51,012 bases of DNA from assembly GCA_964519405.1 (NCBI GenBank), contig CAZFLA010000008.1, positions 11,153-62,164 of the forward strand. Reading direction: 5' to 3'. Of the stretch, positions 1-9,330 are shown in pieces (the first letter of the stretch is position 1; every line of letters starts with the position of its first letter). The translations under genes and the position numbers were made by a program. Source of the stretch: an uncultured bacterium (GTDB taxonomy: Bacteria; Armatimonadota; HRBIN16). The notes below the pieces were generated by a model. That model was not told where the DNA came from. It saw only the letters and a program-made list of their open reading frames with translations, and searched no databases.

Positions 1-286
1 TATCTGTGGATTCACTCTGATGGTAGAGGAGGGTGGAGGAGGCCGTAAGCTAGCCGCACTCTACGTTCAACCCGATCAGCAAGGCAATGGTTGGGGCACA
101 CACTTATATGAAGCCGCAACCGAAGCATTTCCCATGAGCACCAATGTGACGGTTGACATATTCAAAAACAACCTTAAAACTATGGAGTTCTTTAAACATC
201 ATAAGTTTGAAATCATAGGTGAGGGTAAGGTTAAAGTCGGCAAAAATTCCTATGACATGGTTCGGCTTCAAAGGCATCTTGTGTAA
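1..286 (+). CDS. GNAT-family N-acetyltransferase, 3' part (5' end outside window)
   Basis: The frame stays open back to base 2. LYVQPDQQGNGWGTHLY fits GNAT motif A (Q/R-x-x-G-x-G/A acetyl-CoA loop). An imperfect GC hairpin lies about 305-332 downstream. Confidence 0.6.
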   Translation, partial: ICGFTLMVEEGGGGRKLAALYVQPDQQGNGWGTHLYEAATEAFPMSTNVTVDIFKNNLKTMEFFKHHKFEIIGEGKVKVGKNSYDMVRLQRHLV

Positions 287-445
287 CTGTTATCGGCGCC
301 GGGCGTACGATATATGACGCGTCCGGCGATGCTTTCATCTGTTATACGTTTACAAATCGGCACTCATGGTGTAACCTTTGTTACAATACTATATGGTAAT
401 TAACGCACATCTGTATGCTGCCAGTATTTCAGCCTAAGGAGACCC

Positions 446-2293
446 ATGTCAGCCCCAACAACCCCAGAAAATTCTAGTGTCCGCGAAGATATCCGAAACT
501 TAGCGATTATCGCTCACGTAGACCACGGCAAAACCACCCTTCTAGACGCCATCCTTCGACAGTCCGGAACCTTCAGAGCCAACCAGGTTATTGAAGAACG
601 CGTGATGGACAGCAACGACCTCGAACGTGAAAAAGGGATTACTATCCTCAGCAAAGTGACCAGTGTGAAGGTCGGCAACGTCAAAGTCAACATCGTTGAC
701 ACACCAGGACACAGCGACTTTGGCGGTGAGGTGGAGCGCATTCTCAGAAGTGTAGATGGGGTATTGCTGCTCGTTGATGCTTGTGAAGGCACGATGCCTC
801 AGACACGGTTTGTGTTAAAGAAGGCGTTGGCTCAAAAACTGAAGCCTATCGTCGTGGTGAACAAGATCGACCGTCCTGGTTCGCGTCCATACGAGGTCAT
901 TGATGAGGTGCTCGACCTGTTCATTGAACTGGGATGCGATGCAGATGCCCTCGAGTTCCCATACATATTTGCATCGGCTGCATTGGGATATGCTGTTGTG
1001 AAGCCAGAGGATACACCTGTAGACATCAAGCCTCTGTTTGATATCATTTTGAAGTATGTCCCAGCACCTGTTGCGGACCTTAATGGTTCTTTCCAGATTC
1101 AAGTTACAAACCTGGATTATGATGACTATATAGGTCGGTTATTCGGTGGAAAAGTGCTGCGAGGACGCGCCAAGAAGGGCGAAACAGTGACCATCACCAA
1201 ACGTGATGGCAGCACAGAAAACTTCCAGATCACACGAATATTCGGCTACCACGGGCTAAAACGTGTTGACATCGATGAGGCAGAAGCAGGCGACATCGTG
1301 TTGATGGCCGGCACTGAGGATGTTCAGATTGGTGCCACAATCACCTCCACCGACTGCTTAGACGTTCTTCCGCTTATCGAAATTGATGAACCCACCGTGT
1401 CGATGGACTTTATTGTCAACAACGGGCCATGGGCGGGTCGAAGCGGTAAATACTTGATGATGCGTAATCTGCAAGCACGGCTAATCCGCGAGTGCAGAAC
1501 CAACATCAGCCTCAGGTTAGCCGATACCGATCAGCCGGATTCCATCAATGTGGCAGGCCGTGGTGAACTTCAGCTAGCCATCTTGCTGGAGCAGATGCGC
1601 CGAGAAGGTTTTGAGGTGATGGTTAGCCGTCCGAGGGCAATCACCAAGACGATTGATGGTGAGCTCTGCGAGCCGATCGAAGAACTAACTGTAGATGTGA
1701 ATGATGAAGCCTTGGGCATGATCATAGAACAGATTTCCCGTCGAAAAGGTGAAATCACCTCGATGGGAAAAGATGAAGGCGGAAACAACCGCGTGGTATT
1801 CGATATACCCACACGCGGCCTCATCGGATTGCGGACAGATTTCCTTAGCTGGACACGCGGGCTTGGAATTATGTCGCACATATTTAAGAAATATGACACA
1901 TACCGCGGTGACATTATTGCGCGACAAAATGGCAGCTTAATATCTAAAGAAACCGGCAATGCGACAGGATACATGATTGAGCCTCTTCAGGAACGTGCTA
2001 CGTTGTTTGTGTCACCTGGCGATGATGTATATGAAGGCATGATCGTTGGAGAGAACAGCCGTGAAGACGATATGGTTGTAAATATCACCAAAGAGCGTCA
2101 AAAAACCAACATGCGCAGCAGTACTAAAGATGCGACCGTCATGATAATACCTGCCAAGAAGTTCCAACTGGAGCAGGCGCTAAGCTTCTTAAAAGAAGAC
2201 GAGCTGCTTGAGGTAACGCCAGAAGCACTGCGTTTCAGGAAACGAGTTTTGGGTACAACCGACCGGTTGATCAGCAACCGCCATAAAGGCTAG
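446..2293 (+). CDS. typA: Translational GTPase BipA/TypA
   Basis: 615 aa with G1 AHVDHGKTT, G3 DTPGH and G4 NKID motifs. The full length is collinear with the BipA/TypA architecture. AAGGAG SD lies just upstream. Confidence 0.93.
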   Translation: MSAPTTPENSSVREDIRNLAIIAHVDHGKTTLLDAILRQSGTFRANQVIEERVMDSNDLEREKGITILSKVTSVKVGNVKVNIVDTPGHSDFGGEVERILRSVDGVLLLVDACEGTMPQTRFVLKKALAQKLKPIVVVNKIDRPGSRPYEVIDEVLDLFIELGCDADALEFPYIFASAALGYAVVKPEDTPVDIKPLFDIILKYVPAPVADLNGSFQIQVTNLDYDDYIGRLFGGKVLRGRAKKGETVTITKRDGSTENFQITRIFGYHGLKRVDIDEAEAGDIVLMAGTEDVQIGATITSTDCLDVLPLIEIDEPTVSMDFIVNNGPWAGRSGKYLMMRNLQARLIRECRTNISLRLADTDQPDSINVAGRGELQLAILLEQMRREGFEVMVSRPRAITKTIDGELCEPIEELTVDVNDEALGMIIEQISRRKGEITSMGKDEGGNNRVVFDIPTRGLIGLRTDFLSWTRGLGIMSHIFKKYDTYRGDIIARQNGSLISKETGNATGYMIEPLQERATLFVSPGDDVYEGMIVGENSREDDMVVNITKERQKTNMRSSTKDATVMIIPAKKFQLEQALSFLKEDELLEVTPEALRFRKRVLGTTDRLISNRHKG

Positions 2294-2323
2294 TAATCTA
2301 CTAGTTATATGCGTTTGATTGAA

Positions 2324-2362
2324 CCAAGGGGTCTAGCGATGAGCTAGGCCCCTTGGTGTTTA
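2324..2362 (+). terminator. Rho-independent terminator after typA
   Basis: 14-bp stem ccaaggggtctagc / gctaggccccttgg with loop gatga, followed by tgttt. Confidence 0.6.
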
Positions 2363-2481
2363 TGTAGTCGTTGTTTATATAGACTTGTTGGTATCATGGT
2401 GGTGTATATACAATTGCCAGCAGCACACCTATATCTATTTCTCGTCGACTTGTGGCGATTACCGCCATACTATGTAGGAGA

Positions 2482-3630
2482 ATGAAGGCAGCAATGCGGA
2501 TTACAGCTTTATTAACACTCAGTTTTGCCTTGGGATTGCTGATGACCTCAGGCTTGCATGCCCAAGAGCAAAGTGCCGTCAAGGTAGCGGATACCGAGAA
2601 CGTCATCATCTATATGAAGCAGGGCATCTATGCGGTTTTTCCTTACATGCCTAAAGATCAGCCAAAAGATGGCGTCGTGATCGGGTTTGCTACACGCACA
2701 GTCCCGTCGCACACAGATATGACCGGCGGTTGTGTGGTCATGAAATCTGCCGATGGATGCAAAACATGGAACATTGTGCTGGAAGATAAAGACTGCACTA
2801 TGACCGAGGAAGTTGGGGATCTTCATGCATTAACATTTCCCAACGGCACAAAAGTCAGCTTGCGTTCTGCCTGGCAAATATATCCGGCATCTAAACGAGC
2901 GGAGTTGGAAAAAGCGGGCTGGGAGATGGTAGACATCACTCAAAATCGGATTGTGGCCCTTTCTGCCCATTCCATGAAGACCTCCAAAAACGGCGGCAAG
3001 AGTTGGACGACCAAGACGCTGCCGATGTATGGCAACTCTGGCATCATGGGCTTTCATGGCGGAATAATCACCGATCAGGGCATCTGCCTATATCCGGTAT
3101 ATGGGTTGTTGATGGATGGTGATGCAGGTCATTCGCTGGTGTATCGCAGCGCCGATAATGGCAAAACCTGGACATTAAATCATATCATCGCCGATAGCCA
3201 CGGCCTAATCCCTATGAATGAAACATCGTTAATCGACCTTGGCAAGGGGCATATACTGGCATTTGTGCGCACAGGCGACGATGTTGATCACCTGTTCAGT
3301 GCAGAGTCGATAGATGGAGGTGTTAACTGGGGACGACTAAAAGATACTGGTATCACGGGGCACCCATCGGATTTCTTGAGACTGAGTAACGGCGACATCG
3401 TACTAACATATGGGTACCGCCACAAACCATATGGCGTTCGGGCGAGGATCAGCAAAGACAACGGTAAGAGCTGGGGCAAGGAATACATCATCCGTGATGA
3501 TGGCTTTAGCACCGATGTTGGGTATCCTATGTCCATTCAACTACCTAATGGAAAGATATTTACCTCGTATTATTTCCGCTATCAAGGCGGGCCGACACAT
3601 ATCGCCGGTACCTTATGGAGAGAACCATAA
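2482..3630 (+). CDS. Secreted BNR/Asp-box repeat beta-propeller protein (sialidase-like fold)
   Basis: Five Asp-box S-x-D-x-G-x-T-W-like motifs (SADGCKTW, SKNGGKSW, SADNGKTW, SIDGGVNW, SKDNGKSW). Signal peptide MRITALLTLSFALGLLMTSGLHAQ. The start is ambiguous (2452, 2482 or 2494). Confidence 0.7.
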   Translation: MKAAMRITALLTLSFALGLLMTSGLHAQEQSAVKVADTENVIIYMKQGIYAVFPYMPKDQPKDGVVIGFATRTVPSHTDMTGGCVVMKSADGCKTWNIVLEDKDCTMTEEVGDLHALTFPNGTKVSLRSAWQIYPASKRAELEKAGWEMVDITQNRIVALSAHSMKTSKNGGKSWTTKTLPMYGNSGIMGFHGGIITDQGICLYPVYGLLMDGDAGHSLVYRSADNGKTWTLNHIIADSHGLIPMNETSLIDLGKGHILAFVRTGDDVDHLFSAESIDGGVNWGRLKDTGITGHPSDFLRLSNGDIVLTYGYRHKPYGVRARISKDNGKSWGKEYIIRDDGFSTDVGYPMSIQLPNGKIFTSYYFRYQGGPTHIAGTLWREP

Positions 3631-3655
3631 ACTGTTTGCGATATTCGCAGCATAT

Positions 3656-3688
3656 AAAAAAGCCCCTTGGAGAGTGCTCCAAGGGGCT
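3656..3688. terminator. Terminator between convergent genes (strongest for alr on the minus strand)
   Basis: 10-bp stem agccccttgg / ccaaggggct with an 8-nt loop. The minus-strand reading is followed by ttttt, the plus-strand reading by taaat. Confidence 0.65.
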
Positions 3689-3731
3689 TAAATCTGTGAT
3701 ACGGCAGCAGGTTGGTCCTGCGATAGTTAAT

Positions 3732-4850
3732 CTAGTCGTTGTTGGTGTGATAGACCCTCGGTATCAACGGACTGGTGGGGATACGCAATGAGGGCACATC
3801 AATGACGCTGCCTAACTGGATCTCGGGAAAGTCGGTTACGTCCAGCACGGTAAACTGCATGGCGACCCGTCCTAATACAGGCACCGATTTTCCATTGTAG
3901 AACACGTGGTTGCGGTGATTCGCCCACTTGCCAACAAGCTTAACAATGTTTTGCCGGTAGAATGGTCCCGTGGGCATCACAGTGTATCCATCAGCATATC
4001 CTATGGGGATCACTGCTGTTCTTGTGGATCGCATTGTTTTGGTTTCGGCACCATATCCCACGCAGTATCCTGCTGGAAGCTGCTTAACTTCGCATACCCG
4101 CGATTTCAGCTGCCAGGTAGGTTGAAAATGGAGCTCGTGTTTGCAGTGCGGTACGGAGCATTGCCCAAACAATGCGGAACCAACTCGTACCATGTGCAGC
4201 CTGGCATCGGGATACCTTATACATCCTGAACTATTTGCGATGTGCGGTTGACAGCTTTGAGGTAACTCGAATGCTAGATCCTTGATCATTTTTGTGAACT
4301 TCAGCAGCTGCTTGTGGCATCCATGCGGTGATGCATCCATGGCGGTAGCAAAATGCGAGTAGATGCCGTCGATGCTCATGAGGGGGCATGTCAGCGCCAG
4401 GTTCAGCATGCCCTCTAACTCGCTTGGCAATAAACCAAGTCTGCCCATACCAGTATCCACCTTGAACTGAACATGAGCTGTTTTATTAAGGGACACAGCC
4501 ACTTCAGTCGTCTTCGATACACTAGATGGACGTGTGAGGGTCATGCTGATATCACGTTCGACAGCTTCAGCAATTTCATCATCGAACAGGGGAGTAAATA
4601 CCAGAATTGGCGCAGTGATACCGGCATCGCGTAAGGCAACCGCTTCACCCAGGCGTGATACCGCTAAGGAGTGAGCACCTGCCTGCAGCAGCCTCCGACT
4701 GGGTTCTATAACCCCATGCCCATATCCATAGGCCTTAACAACAGCTATGATGTCTACATCCGCACCAACAAGCTGTTTCATGGACTTGAAATTATACTCA
4801 ATAGAATCGAGGTTAACATCAACCCAAGTGTCTAGCGGTTTACCTGCCAT
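3732..4850 (-). CDS. alr: Alanine racemase
   Basis: PLP-lysine motif VVKAYGYGHG near the N-terminus and PIGYADGY (catalytic Tyr region). 372 aa is a typical length. Confidence 0.85.
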   Translation of the reverse strand: MAGKPLDTWVDVNLDSIEYNFKSMKQLVGADVDIIAVVKAYGYGHGVIEPSRRLLQAGAHSLAVSRLGEAVALRDAGITAPILVFTPLFDDEIAEAVERDISMTLTRPSSVSKTTEVAVSLNKTAHVQFKVDTGMGRLGLLPSELEGMLNLALTCPLMSIDGIYSHFATAMDASPHGCHKQLLKFTKMIKDLAFELPQSCQPHIANSSGCIRYPDARLHMVRVGSALFGQCSVPHCKHELHFQPTWQLKSRVCEVKQLPAGYCVGYGAETKTMRSTRTAVIPIGYADGYTVMPTGPFYRQNIVKLVGKWANHRNHVFYNGKSVPVLGRVAMQFTVLDVTDFPEIQLGSVIDVPSLRIPTSPLIPRVYHTNND

Positions 4851-4856
4851 GTAGCC

Positions 4857-5963
4857 CTACTCCTGATGTTTTTGTGCCCGCCGTTTAAGGATATTCCTAA
4901 CTTTAGGCATACCAACATTCCATACCCAATACCAAGACGGTGACAGAACCATATCATACTCGCCAATGTACTCCACGAAGCGCGGATTAAACCCTTCTTT
5001 AAACCTGTTTAATCCTTCCAGATGCGCATCACCTGCACCCTTCTTTGGGCTAACGCCGCGGAAATCATACCATTTACAACCCGACTGCTGGGCCCACTTT
5101 ATCAGCTCCCACTGCATCAGGTGGTTTGGCATCATATTTCTGTGTTCATTGGAGCTTGCACCATAAGTATACATCGCCCGATCACCAAAAATATACGCCA
5201 ATGCACCAGATAAAGGTTTGTCTTGATAAAAAGTTAGTGCCATTTTCATCATTCCTGCGGGAACGAGTAAGTCCCACATCTGCTCAAAGTATGATAACGA
5301 TCGAACGAGGAAGCCATCGCGGGCACAAGTTTCCTTAAGCAGCTCATAAAACACCGGAAGCTGATCTCTTGTGCAGTTGGTGTCTACAACAACACCTTTT
5401 CGTGCAGCCAAGCGAATGTTATATCGCCATTTCTCTTTGAAACTGGCTAGCAGTTCATCTTCAGGCTTATCTAGATCGAGCTGCATCACGCATTTTGGCT
5501 GCGTTCCGCCAAAGCCAGACGCATTGTGGTGGATGAACCCGGCAGCTCGCATGTTCTGCTCATCTGTCTGCTGTTCTATCAACACAGGTGGATCAATTTT
5601 TAGCAGAATGGCGTGCTGTTTCACCGATAGTTCGCGAAGGTGAGCCATGAATTGCTGTGTGAGTTCACTGTCAGACGAATCCCATACAGGCCCACGCGGT
5701 GCATATATGATGCACCTGCCCGTGCGGGGGATATCGCGACGAAGTAATGAAGCCGCCGCAACGACCTGGTCGCCGCGGCGTGCCATCACGCGGATAGGCT
5801 TCCAGCCGGACTTTGCCTTTAACTCTCCCCATTCGTAGCTCTGCATAAGGTCGCCAGTCGGAAATGCCGCAATGAATGCATTGAACTTATCTTTATCTTG
5901 TTCAGAAATTATCTGAAAATCGAGGTTATTTGTCATATTTATCTTTGTATACATGAGCTGCAC
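4857..5963 (-). CDS. FemAB-family peptidoglycan interpeptide-bridge aminoacyltransferase
   Basis: 368 aa. SYEWGELKAKSGWKP, RYNIRLAARKGV and NHLMQWELIKWAQQSGCKWYDFRGV resemble conserved FemAB/FemX blocks. The gene lies 6 nt upstream of alr in the same strand run. Confidence 0.7.
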   Translation of the reverse strand: MQLMYTKINMTNNLDFQIISEQDKDKFNAFIAAFPTGDLMQSYEWGELKAKSGWKPIRVMARRGDQVVAAASLLRRDIPRTGRCIIYAPRGPVWDSSDSELTQQFMAHLRELSVKQHAILLKIDPPVLIEQQTDEQNMRAAGFIHHNASGFGGTQPKCVMQLDLDKPEDELLASFKEKWRYNIRLAARKGVVVDTNCTRDQLPVFYELLKETCARDGFLVRSLSYFEQMWDLLVPAGMMKMALTFYQDKPLSGALAYIFGDRAMYTYGASSNEHRNMMPNHLMQWELIKWAQQSGCKWYDFRGVSPKKGAGDAHLEGLNRFKEGFNPRFVEYIGEYDMVLSPSWYWVWNVGMPKVRNILKRRAQKHQE

Positions 5964-5982
5964 TTCCGTGCAGCACAGTGAT

Positions 5983-6741
5983 TTACATACCGACCTGATC
6001 CATCAGGTCGAATACCTCCTCTTTACTTAGGGCACGCCACTGCCCTGGAGCAAGTCCCTTCACACTAATATGCCCAAAAGCAAGCCGATGAAGCTTCACA
6101 ACATTACCGCCAACAGCCGAAATCATGCGTTTCACCTGGTGGTTTCGTCCTTCGTGTATGGTGATTTCCAAATGCGTGGGGTTTCTGTCGAACCATACTT
6201 TGGCCGGAGCGGTGAGCCCATCTTCCAGCTCAACACCTTCGCGCAGCGCTGCGATTTGCTCTCTGTCCAGCGGTCTGTCGATTAGTGCCAGGTATGTTTT
6301 GTTTACGCCATACCTTGGGTGTGTCAGCCTAAACGCCAGCTCGCCGTCATTAGTTAGCAGCAGAGCTCCGGTGGTGTCGATATCCAGCCTACCGACCGGG
6401 TAAACACGCAGCTTTATGCCCTTCATGATGTCGAGCACTGTGGTCTGCTGCTGCTGACCAACACAGCTCGTGACGATCCCCTCGGGCTTATTGAGGAGGT
6501 AGTAGACTAGCCGTCCGGTGAGTTTGGCTTGTTTACCATCGACGGTGATATTGTCGGTGGGAAGGGCTTTTGCTCCGAGTTCATCGACGACCTTACCGTT
6601 CACTGTGACACGGCCATCAGTAATAAGCCTTTCGCAGGCTCGACGTGATCCAAAACCGGCTTCGGCTAGGAGCTTCTGTAACCTTACTGGTTCTTGGGGG
6701 GCTGCATTTTCATTGGATGTCATTATTCGTTGTTTCCTCAT
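5983..6741 (-). CDS. rluB: rRNA pseudouridine synthase, RsuA/RluB family
   Basis: N-terminal S4 domain (RLQKLLAEAGFGSRRACERLITDGRVTVNG) and catalytic motif GRLDIDTTGALLLTNDG. The start could be an internal Met at 6723. Confidence 0.8.
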   Translation of the reverse strand: MRKQRIMTSNENAAPQEPVRLQKLLAEAGFGSRRACERLITDGRVTVNGKVVDELGAKALPTDNITVDGKQAKLTGRLVYYLLNKPEGIVTSCVGQQQQTTVLDIMKGIKLRVYPVGRLDIDTTGALLLTNDGELAFRLTHPRYGVNKTYLALIDRPLDREQIAALREGVELEDGLTAPAKVWFDRNPTHLEITIHEGRNHQVKRMISAVGGNVVKLHRLAFGHISVKGLAPGQWRALSKEEVFDLMDQVGM

Positions 6742-7024
6742 TTAATGTTAAGTGAGCTGCTTTTTGCCTGCATTCCGAAATGACATCAGCGGGTATCAAA
6801 CGGTAAGCCAGCCAGATAGCTCCTGGTACGATGAGCAGATCATCTAAATATCCGATGACCGGAATAAAATCCGGGATGATATCGATGGGTGATGCTGCAT
6901 ATGTTAAGGCTGAAACTAGTAAGATGCGGGAGAGCCATGGTGTCCTCGAGTGAGTCGCTATTAACTTGGCCACGATCAACTGCTGTTTTACTGATGCGAG
7001 CTTCTGCTTAATGTTGGCTTTCAT
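6710..7024 (-). CDS. DUF1232 (YkvA-like) small membrane protein
   Basis: Signature IDIIPDFIPVIGYLDDLLIV and two hydrophobic segments. Overlaps the rluB start by 32 nt. Confidence 0.55.
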   Translation of the reverse strand: MKANIKQKLASVKQQLIVAKLIATHSRTPWLSRILLVSALTYAASPIDIIPDFIPVIGYLDDLLIVPGAIWLAYRLIPADVISECRQKAAHLTLNEETTNNDIQ

Positions 7025-7032
7025 GCGATGGT

Positions 7033-7058
7033 GAAAAAGGGGGGCGCAGCGCCCCCCG
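7033..7058 (-). terminator. Rho-independent terminator after dnaN
   Basis: G/C-only 7-bp stem ggggggc / gcccccc with loop gcagc. The minus-strand reading is followed by ttttt. Confidence 0.6.
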
Positions 7059-7073
7059 ACGTTGTGATCTGCA

Positions 7074-8192
7074 TCATCCCGATGCCATAGGCATCATGAC
7101 GCACAAAAAGGCATCATCATCTACAGGGCGTATCACGAATGGCCGCAGAGGTTCGGTGAGTTCCACCTGAACTCCGTCTGCATCGATGACATTTAACAGA
7201 TCGACCAGATATCTGCCGTTGCAGATCAGTGTGATGTCATCACCCTCGCGCACCATGTCTACTTCCTCATGCGCTCGGCCCGATGTGGGGCTCTGAGCTT
7301 CCAGCATGAGATACTCACCGCTGGTGCTTAGTGTGACACGGTTCATGTCGTCGCGAGACACAATGTTCACACGCTTGCATTTGCTAAGCAAAGAGGCTGT
7401 TTCCATTGTGAGCTTGCGTGTGCAGTTTGCAGGGATAATGCGTTGATAGCTTGGGAACTGGCCCTCAATCAGCCGTGCTGTCATGATGACCTGCTTTGGA
7501 CTCTCCGTCAACGTGAAACAGATCTGTGTGGTGCTTAAAGTGATGGCCACTTCACCGGTGTAGTCACTAATGATGCGTATCAGCTCGTTAAGTGCACGAG
7601 CCGGTACAACGGCCGAAACTACGTCATCAATAGCGTTGGTGCCGATGATCGCAGAGCGAACAGCCATACGGTGGGTGTCGGTAGCAACCAACCTGAAGGT
7701 GACGCCATCGTACTCCAAAAGCTCACCAGCAAGAATCGGGCGTGTGTCATCACTGGCTACCGCGAAACTGGTCTGCTTTATCATCTCTTTCAATGTTTCT
7801 GCTGAGACAGTCAGTGTGGTGCCTTCTGCTTGCGTTGTTAAAGCCGGATACTCGTCAGGATCGCGTCCTAGCAGTTTGTATTCTGACCGTTCTGCGGTCA
7901 ACCGAGTGCTGAAGGAAAGGTCGCTCTCCAAGTTCAGTGTTCCATCAGGCCATGTATTTAATACTTCGTTAGCCGTTTTGGAAGGAATGGTGATTTGCCC
8001 CTCTTGTTCTACGGTGCAAGGCACCACGCATTCTATGCTCATCTCTAGGTCGGATGCCGTAAGGTGTATACCATTATCGCGCGTAGAGATAAGTATGTTT
8101 TGCAGTATCGCCATGGAACTTCTTTGGCTGACCGCATGTGAAACTGTGCTAACGCCTTCTTGCAGGTCTTTCCGGATAGCGGAAACCTTCAT
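7074..8192 (-). CDS. dnaN: DNA polymerase III beta sliding clamp
   Basis: 372 aa. The N-terminus MKVSAIRKDLQEGVSTVSHAVSQRSSMAILQNILI...LTASDLEMSI is typical of DnaN, with a three-domain length. Confidence 0.9.
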   Translation of the reverse strand: MKVSAIRKDLQEGVSTVSHAVSQRSSMAILQNILISTRDNGIHLTASDLEMSIECVVPCTVEQEGQITIPSKTANEVLNTWPDGTLNLESDLSFSTRLTAERSEYKLLGRDPDEYPALTTQAEGTTLTVSAETLKEMIKQTSFAVASDDTRPILAGELLEYDGVTFRLVATDTHRMAVRSAIIGTNAIDDVVSAVVPARALNELIRIISDYTGEVAITLSTTQICFTLTESPKQVIMTARLIEGQFPSYQRIIPANCTRKLTMETASLLSKCKRVNIVSRDDMNRVTLSTSGEYLMLEAQSPTSGRAHEEVDMVREGDDITLICNGRYLVDLLNVIDADGVQVELTEPLRPFVIRPVDDDAFLCVMMPMASG

Positions 8193-8276
8193 TATCGCCT
8201 CCGTTGAGTATATCTATAGTTATTATTAATCATGTTGATTTTACGTGATTATGAAGATAGGCACAAGCTTTATGGT

Positions 8277-9209
8277 CTATCGGTTGTTCTTTAGCTTGTC
8301 CAGCATCTCATCTATGATGAGCTTCAGTGATTCTAATGTGTCTATTGTTTCGCTGCGTGTCTTTTCAGACATCTCCATCCCGTCTACATTAGCGACCAGC
8401 ATGATGGCGTCTCTCACGAGTTCATCTGCCGATCTTGGGGTGGTCATGGCACCCATGGGCACCGCTGGGGCTTCCATCGGCTGCTGCATTGAGTTGTCGT
8501 AGCCTTCTATGGGAGGCAGTTCAGGGTTGATCCATTCTGCCCAGTCGATCTTTGGCGACTTTAACAGATCGTTGGCGTGTTCTGGGTGGTCTTTGATGGC
8601 ACGCACCAACTTGGCAGTGTCGTCTGTTGAGAGCTTTTCAGACTTAATCTTTTCCACCACTTGCGACTGCAGCTCCGGTTCCTCGTTTAACTGAGTCAAG
8701 AACCGGGCGTGTTTTGGCGTAACCGCGCCGTCAGATGGTCGGTTCGGGCGGTTCTCTACCTCATTTGCTATTTCCTGAGGGAGATTCAACAGCTCAAGGG
8801 TATAGTTCAGCATCCGCTCGGAGATACCCAGCCGTCCTGCCAGCTCCTTGTTGGTGAGGTAAAGCTGCTCTTTCGCCTTCTTTAGTGCTTTCGCCTTATC
8901 GTATGGCTGAAGGTCTTCACGCTGCATGTTCTCAATAAGCTGGTTGGTGACAATCTCATCAGTTTCGATATCACGGATGACGCAGGGAACCTCATACATG
9001 CCTGCCAATTGAGCAGCACGCCAGCGACGCTCACCTACGACAACTTGGAACATATTAACATTATGTAAAGGCCGAACTAATAATGGCTGTAGTAATCCAT
9101 GCTGCTTAATGCTGTCTGCTAATCCCTGAAGTGCCTCTTGATCCATGCTCTTGCGCGGTTGCTCGGCATCTTCTACGATCTGCTGAACCGGTATGAACTG
9201 GATTTCCAT
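8277..9209 (-). CDS. parB: ParB/Spo0J-family protein with long C-terminal extension
   Basis: ParB box motifs LLQPLLVRP and VVGERRWRAAQLAG, followed by an HTH region (NKELAGRLGISERMLNYTLEL). I chose the Met at 9209 (MEIQFIPV) rather than the ORF-track start at 9269. Confidence 0.75.
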   Translation of the reverse strand: MEIQFIPVQQIVEDAEQPRKSMDQEALQGLADSIKQHGLLQPLLVRPLHNVNMFQVVVGERRWRAAQLAGMYEVPCVIRDIETDEIVTNQLIENMQREDLQPYDKAKALKKAKEQLYLTNKELAGRLGISERMLNYTLELLNLPQEIANEVENRPNRPSDGAVTPKHARFLTQLNEEPELQSQVVEKIKSEKLSTDDTAKLVRAIKDHPEHANDLLKSPKIDWAEWINPELPPIEGYDNSMQQPMEAPAVPMGAMTTPRSADELVRDAIMLVANVDGMEMSEKTRSETIDTLESLKLIIDEMLDKLKNNR

Positions 9210-9330
9210 TGGCGAATCCCTCCGAAACTGGTAATGTAAATCATGATGGATGGTATACAATACCACCACTTAAGTAGTCTACACCAACAAAGCTATCGGG
9301 ATGACGCCGGTCGCTTGATAAGGATGATCA

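Noticed and set aside
7570-8229. Long antisense ORFs inside strong genes: 219 aa opposite dnaN, 207 aa opposite groEL (44394-45017), and 197 aa opposite paralog B (40008-40601)
   Set aside because: Each is fully embedded antisense to a gene with clear homology or paralogy. Their composition is Ser/Ala/Val-rich shadow-frame sequence with no start context.
8193-9330. Chromosomal origin (oriC) next to dnaN
   Set aside because: No cluster of TTATCCACA-like DnaA boxes was seen in the spacers 8193-8276 or 9210-9330. Only isolated 7-8/9 matches occur elsewhere (about 5-13 and about 13573). dnaA is absent.
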